This document shows, piece by piece, positions 52,306-60,993 of a stretch of 64,000 bases of DNA. The number at the start of each line of letters is the position of its first letter. Within the stretch, counting starts at the first letter, position 1. Position numbers and translations under genes: made by a program. The notes under the pieces are model-generated. The model worked only from the letters and a program-made list of their open reading frames with translations, was not told the origin of the DNA and ran no database searches. The DNA lies in the NCBI GenBank assembly GCA_963849365.1, contig CAWKHA010000004.1:1570051-1634050 (forward strand), written 5' to 3'. This DNA comes from an uncultured Actinomycetota bacterium (lineage in GTDB: Bacteria > Actinomycetota > Actinomycetes > Prado026).

Positions 52306-53124
52306 GTGACCGAGAATCGCCGAAGCAACGGTCCCGCAGCAGCGATCAGGGTTGTCGTGGCAGGGCCGAACGGGAAGATGGGCAGCGTCATGATGTCCGG
52401 GCTCCCGGAGCAGCCCGGCATTGAAGTCACCGGTGGGTTGACACGCGACGATCCGAACGCCGCGCAGCTGCTCGCAGGCGCCGATGTGCTCGTGGACTTC
52501 ACGATCGCCGAGGCCGCGATCCCCCTGATGCTCGCCGCGATCGACGCCGGCGTCCGGCCGGTGAGCGGAACGTCGGGGCTGGGCGAGCAGGCCCTGGACG
52601 AGGTCGATCGCGCGGCGCGGGCCAGGGGCCTACCGGCTGTCTGGGCATCGCAGTTCACCCCGGGCGGCGCGCTGATGATGCACTTCTGCCGGCTGGCCGC
52701 GCGCTACCTCGACGCGGCAGTCGTGACCGAGTGCCACCACGCCACAAAGGCTGACGCGCCGTCAGGAACCGCCTGGGAGCTGGCCAAGCAGATCCGGATC
52801 GCGCACGGCGCCGATCTCGTCGACTACCCGCCGCAGACCCAGCCGGTCGCGTCGGTGATGGGCGGTGACGAGGGTGGAGTGCGCATCCACAGCATGCGCC
52901 TGCCGGGAGCGCTCGGCTGGAACGAGGTGACGTTCGCGGGCCCGCATGAGACGCTCTCGATCCGGCAGACAGACGGCGACCGCGTGGGCTTTGTCCCGTT
53001 CGTCGCGCGCGCCGTTCACGAAGTCATGAACACAGATCGCGTCGGGCTCATCCGTGGGTTCGGCTCCGTCATCGGCCTGGAAGTCGAGCCAACAGACGCC
53101 ACGCCGGTCCCGGCGTCAGCATAA
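52306..53124 (+). CDS. 4-hydroxy-tetrahydrodipicolinate reductase (DapB) family imine reductase
   Basis: IRVVVAGPNGKMG and the signature ECHHATKADAPSGTA. Confidence 0.8.
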   Translation: MTENRRSNGPAAAIRVVVAGPNGKMGSVMMSGLPEQPGIEVTGGLTRDDPNAAQLLAGADVLVDFTIAEAAIPLMLAAIDAGVRPVSGTSGLGEQALDEVDRAARARGLPAVWASQFTPGGALMMHFCRLAARYLDAAVVTECHHATKADAPSGTAWELAKQIRIAHGADLVDYPPQTQPVASVMGGDEGGVRIHSMRLPGALGWNEVTFAGPHETLSIRQTDGDRVGFVPFVARAVHEVMNTDRVGLIRGFGSVIGLEVEPTDATPVPASA

Positions 53125-53134
53125 GGAGTCCGAC

Positions 53135-54112
53135 GTGGAGGCAGTCAGGGTCCACCAGCACGGCGGCCCAGAGGTGATGCAGCTCGAGACGCTGCCGACG
53201 CCGGAACCGGGACCCGGCCAGGCGCTCGTCCAGCTCACGACGTCGGGTGTGAACTACTTCGACCTGCGGCAGCGCAGTGGCGACAAGCCATGCGTCCTAC
53301 CGATCACGCTCGGGAACGAAGGCGTCGGCGCGGTCACGGCACTCGGCCCTGGCGCCGTAGCATCCGGTGTCGAGGTCGGGACCCGAGTGGCCTGGCAGAT
53401 GCAGCAAGGCACGTACGCGACCCATGCGGTGGCGCCGGCTGACGCGCTGGTCCCACTGCCGGACGCCATCGACGACCGCACCGCGGCGGCAGTCATGCTG
53501 CAGGGACTGACGGCCCAGGCGATGGCCTGCTCGGCATACGAGATCCAGGCGGGCGAGACCGCTCTGGTTCACGCAGCCGCCGGTGGTGTCGGCGGCCTCC
53601 TGACCCAGATCGCGACGGCTCGCGGCGCCCGGGTGATCGGAACCGTCTCGACGTCGGACAAGGTGGAACCTGCCCGGAAGGCTGGCGCCACCGACGTCAT
53701 CGTGCGCAGTGAGCAGGACGTCGCGGCGGAGGCGCGGTCACTCACCGACGGCCGGGGCGTGGACGTCGTGTTCGACGGCATCGGTAAGGCCACGTTCGAC
53801 GAGAGCCTGCACGCGCTGCGCCCGCACGGCTTCCTGATCCTGTACGGCGTCGCCAGTGGCGCCGTACCGCCGGTGGACACCCACACGTTGGCCCACGACG
53901 GTGGCCGGTACCTCACGCACGCCATGGTCGGGCAGTTCGTGACGGACCGCGATCAGCTGCTGCGCCGCTCGTCCGAGCTGTTCAACTGGATCATCGGCGG
54001 ACAGCTCGAGGTCAACATCGCGCAGACCTACCCGCTGGCAGACGCGGCCCAGGCCCACGCGGCCATGGGAAGCGGGAGGACAGTCGGCAAGCTGCTGCTC
54101 TCCATCGCATGA
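53135..54112 (+). CDS. MDR-family quinone oxidoreductase
   Basis: LGNEGVGAV and VHAAAGGVGGLLTQIA. GTG 53135 follows AAGGAG, 10 nt after the dapB-like stop. Confidence 0.8.
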   Translation: MEAVRVHQHGGPEVMQLETLPTPEPGPGQALVQLTTSGVNYFDLRQRSGDKPCVLPITLGNEGVGAVTALGPGAVASGVEVGTRVAWQMQQGTYATHAVAPADALVPLPDAIDDRTAAAVMLQGLTAQAMACSAYEIQAGETALVHAAAGGVGGLLTQIATARGARVIGTVSTSDKVEPARKAGATDVIVRSEQDVAAEARSLTDGRGVDVVFDGIGKATFDESLHALRPHGFLILYGVASGAVPPVDTHTLAHDGGRYLTHAMVGQFVTDRDQLLRRSSELFNWIIGGQLEVNIAQTYPLADAAQAHAAMGSGRTVGKLLLSIA

Positions 54113-54207
54113 CGTCCGGCGAAACGATCGTGAGCTGCGGTTCGAGGGTGCCCCCACGCGACAGCTGAAGGAGGGCCCGCCGCGCGTCCATGCCGTTCCA
54201 CTGGCCC

Positions 54208-55413
54208 TCAGCCGGTGGCCTCGCGCACGGCCTCGTCGAAGGAGACGCCGCGGGCGATCATGGCCCGTAGCCTGGGTAGTAGGCGCGTCTGGTTCATCCC
54301 GAACGCGCCGGTCAGCCGTGCCCCCGTACGATGCAGGGCCACATAGGCCTCGTCTGCCTCGCTATCGAGCAGGGTGACGACTTCGTCGGCGGCGACGTCT
54401 CCGACGAACTGCAGCCGGGTTCCGTACTGGTCGGACCACACGTATGGGACCGTCGTGAACGCCTCGGCGTCCTCTGGTAGGACCGCGTTGCGCCCGGCCA
54501 ACCGGCCCTGCTCGGCCGCGCTGGTCCAGTTCTCCAGGCGGACCGGCTCCGCTGAGTTCGGCGGGGTCCAGCGGACAACGTCGCCGGCCCCGAAGATCCC
54601 CGCAGAGCCGGCATTCAGCGTGGCATCGCAGACGAGCCCTCCGGTCAGGTCCAGGCCGCAGTCGCGCAGCCAGCCGGTCTCCGGCTCGACGCCGATGCCC
54701 ACGACCACGAGGTCGGCGTCCAGTGACGTCCCATCTGACAGCAGCACCTGCTCCACCCGGTTGGAGCCCTTGAGGTCGGTCACGAACACCCCCGTGAGCA
54801 GGGTGGTCCCGTTGCGCTCGTGCAGCCGCGCGCAGACGGCGCCGCTCTGTTCCCCGACAACGCGCGCAAGCGGTGTCGGCATCGGCTCGACGACGGTGAC
54901 GGTCACTCCGCGCTTGCGCGCGGCTGAGGCGACTTCTGAGCCGATCAGGCCGGCGCCCACGACGACCAACCGGGCAGTCCGTTCGAACGCCGTGCGGATA
55001 CTCAGCGCATCGTCAAGGGTTCGAAGTGTGACGACGCCGTCCAGGCTGTTGTCGTCCGAGCCGGGCAGCCGACGCGGCGTGCTCCCGGTGGCAATGACCA
55101 GCGCCGTGTAGGTCACCGGCTCGTCTGCCAGCCAGACGGTGCGTGCGTCGACGTCCAGACACGTCGCCGGCGCGCCGATCCTCAGGTCGACGCCCAGCTT
55201 GTCGCGCAGCGCCTCGCGCGAGCGGTATACCGGAGGTTGCGGCTCGGCGTCGGTGGCTGTGAGGAACTCCTTGGACAGCGGCGGTCGGTCGTAAGGTAGG
55301 TGCGGCTCGTTGCCGACCAACGTGATCGTTCCGCCGTAGCCGGCACGCCTGGCCCCGTCGACAGCGAACAACCCGGCTCGGGAGGCGCCGACCACGACGA
55401 GGTTCTCGCGCAC
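54208..55413 (-). CDS. ferredoxin-NAD(P)+ reductase (pyridine nucleotide-disulfide oxidoreductase family)
   Basis: LVVVGASRAG, PYDRPPLSK, VVVGAGLIGSEVA and GAGDV. GTG 55413 lies downstream of GGAGGA. Confidence 0.85.
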   Translation of the reverse strand: MRENLVVVGASRAGLFAVDGARRAGYGGTITLVGNEPHLPYDRPPLSKEFLTATDAEPQPPVYRSREALRDKLGVDLRIGAPATCLDVDARTVWLADEPVTYTALVIATGSTPRRLPGSDDNSLDGVVTLRTLDDALSIRTAFERTARLVVVGAGLIGSEVASAARKRGVTVTVVEPMPTPLARVVGEQSGAVCARLHERNGTTLLTGVFVTDLKGSNRVEQVLLSDGTSLDADLVVVGIGVEPETGWLRDCGLDLTGGLVCDATLNAGSAGIFGAGDVVRWTPPNSAEPVRLENWTSAAEQGRLAGRNAVLPEDAEAFTTVPYVWSDQYGTRLQFVGDVAADEVVTLLDSEADEAYVALHRTGARLTGAFGMNQTRLLPRLRAMIARGVSFDEAVREATG

Positions 55414-55461
55414 GACGACTCCGTCCTCCAGCCTTGCATGCTGGGTCGTTAACACTCTACA

Positions 55462-55478
55462 GTATCGGCTGCCGATAC
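55462..55478. promoter_or_regulatory. perfect RTATCG-N5-CGATAY box between ferredoxin reductase and ferredoxin genes
   Basis: GTATCG gctgc CGATAC, both half-sites perfect. Confidence 0.7.
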
Positions 55479-55492
55479 CGGAGGTGGGTCGA

Positions 55493-55732
55493 TTGACTGA
55501 CACGGAAGAGCGCGTGATCGGGGACATCCTGGTCCGGATCGACCGGTCGGTGTGTGTGGGGTTCGGTCATTGCGTCGACGAGAGCGGTGAGGCGTTCCAT
55601 CTGGAGGACGACAACATCGTCGCCTTCCAGCAGCCGGAGCAGGTTGACCGGGCACGTTTGCTGGCCGCGTGCGAAGCGTGCCCCGTCGGCGCCCTGAGCG
55701 TGTTCACCACCTCCGGCGAGCAGCTCGTCTGA
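55493..55732 (+). CDS. small single-cluster ferredoxin (3Fe-4S/4Fe-4S type)
   Basis: RIDRSVCVGFGHCV...ACEACPVGAL cluster ligand pattern. TTG 55493 follows GGAGGTG. GTG 55484 and GTG 55514 are alternative starts. Confidence 0.75.
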   Translation: MTDTEERVIGDILVRIDRSVCVGFGHCVDESGEAFHLEDDNIVAFQQPEQVDRARLLAACEACPVGALSVFTTSGEQLV

Positions 55733-55809
55733 AGCAGCCCCCACGCAGCAGGTGACCTTCGTCAGCGGCATGAGGCGGCAGCTCAGCCATCACGAGGACG
55801 GGAAGTGAC

Positions 55810-56256
55810 GTGACTGACGAGATCAGAGTCAGGACGGAAGACAACGAGCTCACGCTCGAGGAGATGTCCGCCGCCCTTCCTGACACGGCGGGAATCATGG
55901 AGAAGGTCGGCCACAGCTGGTGGCATGTCGCCTACGCCGCCCGCGGCGGCAACTGGGGCCTTGCGGAGTACTACGTCAAGCGGATGACCAAGCTGGAGAA
56001 CACCCTCAAGGTGCTCCGTCCCAAGCACCGCGAGCGCCTGGAGCGCTTCCAGGCGGAGGCGTTGCCCGCGGTCCGGGCGGCGATCGACGCGAAAGACCTG
56101 GATCGGTTCGAAGCGGCCTTCGCCGCGGCGACGGACATGGCGAATGATCTCCACGCGGAGTCGGGCTACCCGTACATCAAGTGGGTGCTGCCTGAGCAGG
56201 CGCCGCAGGGGCTGGTGCTCGATCTGGTGGCAGAGCCGAGTCCTGCCGACGCCTAG
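55810..56256 (+). CDS. conserved-looking hypothetical protein (148 aa), no family recognised
   Basis: High third-position GC, helical composition, WWHVAYAARGGNWGLAEYYVKRM. Immediately downstream of the ferredoxin gene. Confidence 0.5.
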   Translation: MTDEIRVRTEDNELTLEEMSAALPDTAGIMEKVGHSWWHVAYAARGGNWGLAEYYVKRMTKLENTLKVLRPKHRERLERFQAEALPAVRAAIDAKDLDRFEAAFAAATDMANDLHAESGYPYIKWVLPEQAPQGLVLDLVAEPSPADA

Positions 56257-56290
56257 AGGTTGCGCCGAGCCGAGAGGTTGCGAGCGACGT

Positions 56291-56710
56291 TCAGCGCCGT
56301 GACGACGCTGACGCGGTGGACGAGCGTGACGGCTTCCGGCTCGAATCGCCGTCGCTGACCTCCTGGACCAGGTCGATGACCTTGGCCCTGGCCTCGTCCA
56401 ACGCTCGCTGGCCCAGCGGAGTGATTCCGTAGTACTTGCGGATCTTGCCCCCGACGACGCGGTCCTGGCGAACCAGGAACTGGGCCCCCTCCAGGTTGTG
56501 CAGCAATGGGTAGAGCGTGCCGGGCGAGAGGCGGTAGCCGTGCTTCTCGAGCTCTTCGGTGAGGCCGACGCCATAGACCGGCCCCATGCTCGCGTGATAG
56601 AGCACGTGGATCTTGACGAAACCGAGCAGGAGGTCGCGGAAGATCTTCGAGTGCTCCTCCAGTGACCTGTGGACCGCCGCCGGATCGGTCGCAGACGTGC
56701 GCGTTGCCAT
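56291..56710 (-). CDS. PadR-family transcriptional regulator
   Basis: LLGFVKIHVLYHAS...GVGLTEELEKHGYRLSPGTLYPLLHNLEGAQFL...YYGITPLG winged-helix pattern. ATG 56737 is an alternative start. Confidence 0.8.
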   Translation of the reverse strand: MATRTSATDPAAVHRSLEEHSKIFRDLLLGFVKIHVLYHASMGPVYGVGLTEELEKHGYRLSPGTLYPLLHNLEGAQFLVRQDRVVGGKIRKYYGITPLGQRALDEARAKVIDLVQEVSDGDSSRKPSRSSTASASSRR

Positions 56711-56751
56711 AGGACGGCCAACCCTTCGTCTCTTCATCGAATCGTAAACCG

Positions 56752-56768
56752 TGATCGGTGATCGATAT
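56752..56768. promoter_or_regulatory. RTATCG-N5-CGATAY box proximal to the PadR gene
   Basis: TGATCG gtgat CGATAT. Confidence 0.5.
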
Positions 56769-56830
56769 TAGCGGCCGACCCGGCGTTGCGTGTGCGAACG
56801 GCGCTGGCCTTGTCGTGCCGCTGGATACCG

Positions 56831-56847
56831 ATATCGACATCCGACAC
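56831..56847. promoter_or_regulatory. RTATCG-N5-CGATAY box proximal to TPP enzyme gene 2
   Basis: ATATCG acatc CGACAC. GATATCGACATCCGAC is shared with 12731. Confidence 0.55.
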
Positions 56848-56861
56848 CGTAATCCAATATC

Positions 56862-58556
56862 ATGGCTTCCGTGGATCAGACGCTCGCGCACGACGCAGCC
56901 TTGGGACGAGATCTCCTCTTCCGGTACCTGGTCGACCTCGACATCCCGTACATCTTCGGCAACCCGGGGACGACCGAGCTTCCGCTGATCGACGGCTGCA
57001 ACGACTACGCCTCGGTCGACTACGTGCTGGCGCTGCACGAGGACATCGCGGTTGCCCAGGCCATTGGCTATGCCCGCGGCTCGGGCAAGATCGGTGTTGT
57101 CAACCTGCATGTGACGCCCGGGGTGGCCCATGGGCTGGGCAACATCTACAACGCCTTCCGCGCGCGGGTTCCGCTGCTCATCGTGGCCGGCCAGCACCAC
57201 AGCGGTCTCAATGTCTACGACCCGATCCTCACCGCGGACCTGGGCGGCCTGATGCGCCCGTTCACCAAGTGGTCGTACGAAGTCTCCTCGCTCCCCGACC
57301 TGCCTATCGCGCTGCAACGGGCGTTCAAGGAGTTGACGACGCCGCCGTACGGCCCGGTGTTCCTGTCCATCGCCACCGACCTGTTCCTGGCCGAGTACCC
57401 CGACCCACCGGGCCCCAGGTTGAGCAAGATCGGGCCCACCCGGGCGCTCGAGAGCGCGGTCGAGCACGCGGCAACTCTGCTTGCGGAAGCTGCCAATCCG
57501 CTCATCCTCGCCGGCGACGGCGTGGGCTTGAACGGCGCCTGGGAGGACATGGTCGCCCTGGCCGAGAGCCTGGACGCGGTCGTGCTGACCGAGGGGTACG
57601 CCACGTTGTGGAACTTCCCATCGAACCACCGGCTCTTTGCTGGCCCGATGCCGAACCTTGCGACCGAGATGCGCAAGCAGCTCGACGACGTCGACGTCCT
57701 CCTCACCTGCGGAGTGACCTGCCAGGCCCCGGTGTCCCGCTACGACGGCGGCGGCCCGCTCGTGCCGTGGCGGGTGCGCACGATCACCGTCGACGACAGC
57801 CCTTGGGAGATCGGCAAGAACGAGCCGGTCGAGGTGGGTCTGCTCGGCGATGTGAAGGCGAACCTGGCGGCGCTGGCCGCGGCGGTCCGGCGCAGATCCG
57901 TCGTCGGGGCACAGCGCGAGCATCGCCGAGCGGCCGCCGAGGCGCGATGTAGGCATCGGGTCGACCAGTGGGCGGATCGGGCCGCGCGTGCCCTGGAGGC
58001 GAACCGGCTGTCCGCGGACCTGGTCGCAGCCGAGCTGCGTGACCGGCTTCCTCATGACGCCATTTTCGTTGACGAGTCAATCTCCAACCGACCGTCGTTC
58101 GTGAACATCCTGCAGTTCCGCGACCCCCTGTCCTACTTCAACGTCAACGGCCTGTCCCTCGGCTACTCGCCAGCCGCAGCAGTGGGCATCCACCAGGCGC
58201 TGCCGCATCGGAAGGTCGTCAACGTGGTGGGCGACGGGTCCCTCATGTACTACCCGCAGGCCTTGTGGAATGCGGCCGCCGATGAGGCGCCGATCCTGTT
58301 CGTGGTGCTCAAGAACGGGACCTACCGCGTCCTGAGCCTGATCATCGACCGCATGGGCGGTCCCTGGGGCGCCGAGGGGCTGCCGGTGCCCGGTCTGAGC
58401 CTGGACGCGTCGACGATCGACTTCGTCGCGCTGGCGGGCGCGCAGGGTGTGCCGGGCGAACGAGCAGCCGACCCCGCGCAGCTGCGTGCCGCGCTCGAGA
58501 AGGGGCTGACCTCCGAGGGGCCGTACCTGGTCGAGGTCGTGCTGGACCAGCGGTAG
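56862..58556 (+). CDS. thiamine-diphosphate enzyme, benzoylformate decarboxylase / acetolactate synthase-like
   Basis: IFGNPGTTELP, HEDIAVAQAIGYA and TPP motif VVGDGSLMYYPQALWNAAADEAPILFVVLKN. Confidence 0.85.
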   Translation: MASVDQTLAHDAALGRDLLFRYLVDLDIPYIFGNPGTTELPLIDGCNDYASVDYVLALHEDIAVAQAIGYARGSGKIGVVNLHVTPGVAHGLGNIYNAFRARVPLLIVAGQHHSGLNVYDPILTADLGGLMRPFTKWSYEVSSLPDLPIALQRAFKELTTPPYGPVFLSIATDLFLAEYPDPPGPRLSKIGPTRALESAVEHAATLLAEAANPLILAGDGVGLNGAWEDMVALAESLDAVVLTEGYATLWNFPSNHRLFAGPMPNLATEMRKQLDDVDVLLTCGVTCQAPVSRYDGGGPLVPWRVRTITVDDSPWEIGKNEPVEVGLLGDVKANLAALAAAVRRRSVVGAQREHRRAAAEARCRHRVDQWADRAARALEANRLSADLVAAELRDRLPHDAIFVDESISNRPSFVNILQFRDPLSYFNVNGLSLGYSPAAAVGIHQALPHRKVVNVVGDGSLMYYPQALWNAAADEAPILFVVLKNGTYRVLSLIIDRMGGPWGAEGLPVPGLSLDASTIDFVALAGAQGVPGERAADPAQLRAALEKGLTSEGPYLVEVVLDQR

Positions 58557-58646
58557 GGGGAGGCTGTCGGGGGGCACGTGCGCGGGGTTGTCGACTGCGC
58601 CGGAAGGTGGCGGGCGATCGTTACGCAACCGCGTCTTCAGCGGACG

Positions 58647-58685
58647 TTGACAGGCACCCCACCCATCGTTACCGTGTGCCGATAT
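58647..58685 (+). promoter_or_regulatory. sigma70-like promoter with overlapping RTATCG-N5-CGATAY box, ABC importer operon
   Basis: TTGACA (58647-52), 17 nt, TACCGT (58670-75). Box TTACCG tgtgc CGATAT (58669-85) covers the -10 and the start site. Confidence 0.6.
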
Positions 58686-58805
58686 CGGAGACCAAGCGTA
58701 GCCCGTGGAAGTGAGCTAAGAGCAATATGGTCGGCAGGCGCCGATAGCGATCCCAGCCCCGGTTGGAGGTCGCTCCTCTGGGGTTGATTCGAAGCGGGGC
58801 TGCGT

Positions 58806-59786
58806 GTGCTGAGGTACGTGATACGGCGGTCAGCCTGGGCGGCGTTCACGCTCTGGGCAATCTCGCTCGTCTCCTTCGTGGTGATCCAGCTGCCGCCGGG
58901 CGACTTCGCGAGCGAGTACTACGCGCGGCTCGCCGAGAGCGGCATCTCGCCGCCCGCCCTGAACCAGATCCGTAAGAACCTGGGTCTGGACGAGCCGGCG
59001 TACCTGCAGTACCTGCACTGGGTGACCGGCATGGTGCACGGCGACTTCGGCCTCTCATTGAGCATGCAGGAGCCGGTCTCGACGATCATCGCCGGCGCCG
59101 CCGGCTACACCGTGCTGATCGCCGTGCTCTCGGTCGGCGTCACGTGGTTCCTCGCGGTGCCGCTCGGGATCTACTCCGCGGTCCGCCGGTACTCGTTCTT
59201 CGACTACGTGATCACCACCATCGGCTTCATCGGCCTGGGCGTGCCGTCGTTCCTGCTGGCGCTGGCGCTGATGTACTTCGCGTTCCAGTGGTTCGGCATC
59301 AACCTCGGCGGTCTGTTCTCGCCGGAGTACGTGACCGCGCCGTGGAGCATCGGCAAGCTGATCAACATGGTCGAGCACCTCATCATCCCGGCGATCGTGC
59401 TCGGGATCGGCGGCATCGCGTATCTGCACCGGGTCATGCGCGCCAACCTGCTGGACGAGCTCGGCAAGCCGTACGTGGTGACCGCGCAGGCAAAGGGACT
59501 GTCGCGGTGGCGGGTCATCAGGAAGTATCCGGTTCGGGTGGCGCTGAACCCCTTTGCCAGCTCGATCGGCCTGCTCCTCCGTGAGGCCATGTCGGACACC
59601 ATCATCATCTCCGTCGTGCTGGCGCTGCCCACGCTGGGTCCGATCCTGCTGGTCTCCCTGCGCGCTCAGGACATGCTGCTGGCCGGTGCGATCATCATGC
59701 TGCTGGGAGTCATCACCGTCGTGGGCACGTTCATCTCGGACATGGTGCTGATGGCTCTCGACCCGCGGATCCGCCATGCTGGATGA
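58806..59786 (+). CDS. ABC importer permease (DppB/OppB type)
   Basis: MLRYVIRRSAWAAFTLWAISLVSFVVIQLPPGD is a typical N-terminus. Multiple TM spans. Confidence 0.85.
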   Translation: MLRYVIRRSAWAAFTLWAISLVSFVVIQLPPGDFASEYYARLAESGISPPALNQIRKNLGLDEPAYLQYLHWVTGMVHGDFGLSLSMQEPVSTIIAGAAGYTVLIAVLSVGVTWFLAVPLGIYSAVRRYSFFDYVITTIGFIGLGVPSFLLALALMYFAFQWFGINLGGLFSPEYVTAPWSIGKLINMVEHLIIPAIVLGIGGIAYLHRVMRANLLDELGKPYVVTAQAKGLSRWRVIRKYPVRVALNPFASSIGLLLREAMSDTIIISVVLALPTLGPILLVSLRAQDMLLAGAIIMLLGVITVVGTFISDMVLMALDPRIRHAG

Positions 59787-60993
59787 CGTCAGGAAGCACC
59801 GACTGCCATTCCGGCTGCACCGCGGGGGACGCAGTGGTTCGGCCGTAGAGCAGGTGCCGCCGTCGGCCGCGGGACCCGCCACCCTGCTCACCGAGCAGCG
59901 ACTCGCGGTCGCCAGTCAGCGACAGCTGGTCTGGTGGCGGTTCCGCCGGCACAAGATGGCCATGGTCAGTGCGGCGATCCTGATCCTCATGTACATGGTC
60001 GTGATCTTCGCCGACTTCCTCGCCACGCATGATCCGCAAGACTCCAGCGCTGCGCGCATCTTCATGCCCCCCCAGCGGGTCCAGCTCTTCGACGGCCTCT
60101 CGTTCTCACCCCACATCCACCCGGTCCAAGGTCACCGTGACCCGGTCACCCTCCAGCCGGTGTACACCGTCAACGACTCGACGAACATTCCCGTGCACTT
60201 CTTCGTGCACGGCTACTCGTACAAGCTCTTCGGCCTGTTCACCACCGACATCCACCTGATGGGCGTGGACGGTCAGGTGAACGGGCAGCCGGCGTCGAAT
60301 TCGCTGGCTCTGGTGGGCGCGGACGAGGAGGGTCGCGACGTGTACTCGCGGCTGATGGTCGCCACCCGGACCTCGATGAGCATCGGGTTGATCGGCGTCT
60401 CGATCAGTCTCGTGCTCGGCTGCCTGCTCGGCGGCATCTCCGGCTACTACGGCGGCCTCATCGACACGCTCGTGCAGCGACTCATCGAGGTCATCCGGGC
60501 GATCCCCACGATCCCACTCTGGATGGGGCTTGCCGCAGCCATGCCGCGGGACTGGAGCGTGATCAAGGTCTACTTCTGCATCACGCTGATCATCTCGTTC
60601 ATCGGGTGGACCGGGCTGGCCAGAGAAGTGCGAGGCCGATTCCTCCAAGTGCGCAACGAGGACTTCGTGACAGCGGCCGAGCTCGCCGGCACCCGCCCGC
60701 GACGGGTGATCACCACGCACATGCTGCCGCTGTTCACCAGCCACATCATCGCTACGACCACCTTGGCGCTTCCCGGCATGATCGTCGCGGAGACGTCACT
60801 GAGCTTCCTGGGGCTCGGGCTGCGTCCCCCGGCGGTCTCCTGGGGTGTGATGCTCCAGGAAGCCCAGAACATCCAGGCCGTCGCTCTGACGCCCTGGCTG
60901 CTCGCGCCGGTCGTGCCCGTGGTCGTGTCGTGCCTGGCCTTCAATTTCGTCGGAGACGGACTTCGAGATGCCGCTGACCCGTACGGAAACTGA
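59776..60993 (+). CDS. ABC importer permease (DppC/OppC type) with long periplasmic loop
   Basis: LVGADEEGRDVYSRLM, IGLIGVSISLVLG and IRAIPTIPLWMGLAAAMP. Overlaps the upstream stop. Confidence 0.85.
   Translation: MLDDVRKHRLPFRLHRGGRSGSAVEQVPPSAAGPATLLTEQRLAVASQRQLVWWRFRRHKMAMVSAAILILMYMVVIFADFLATHDPQDSSAARIFMPPQRVQLFDGLSFSPHIHPVQGHRDPVTLQPVYTVNDSTNIPVHFFVHGYSYKLFGLFTTDIHLMGVDGQVNGQPASNSLALVGADEEGRDVYSRLMVATRTSMSIGLIGVSISLVLGCLLGGISGYYGGLIDTLVQRLIEVIRAIPTIPLWMGLAAAMPRDWSVIKVYFCITLIISFIGWTGLAREVRGRFLQVRNEDFVTAAELAGTRPRRVITTHMLPLFTSHIIATTTLALPGMIVAETSLSFLGLGLRPPAVSWGVMLQEAQNIQAVALTPWLLAPVVPVVVSCLAFNFVGDGLRDAADPYGN

Noticed and set aside
8014-58686. GATATC (EcoRV-type site) enrichment as a restriction-modification signature
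   Set aside because: The hexamer is always embedded in the longer RTATCG-N5-CGATAY context and confined to intergenic promoters. R-M selection would act on coding DNA too, and no methyltransferase or endonuclease gene is in the window.
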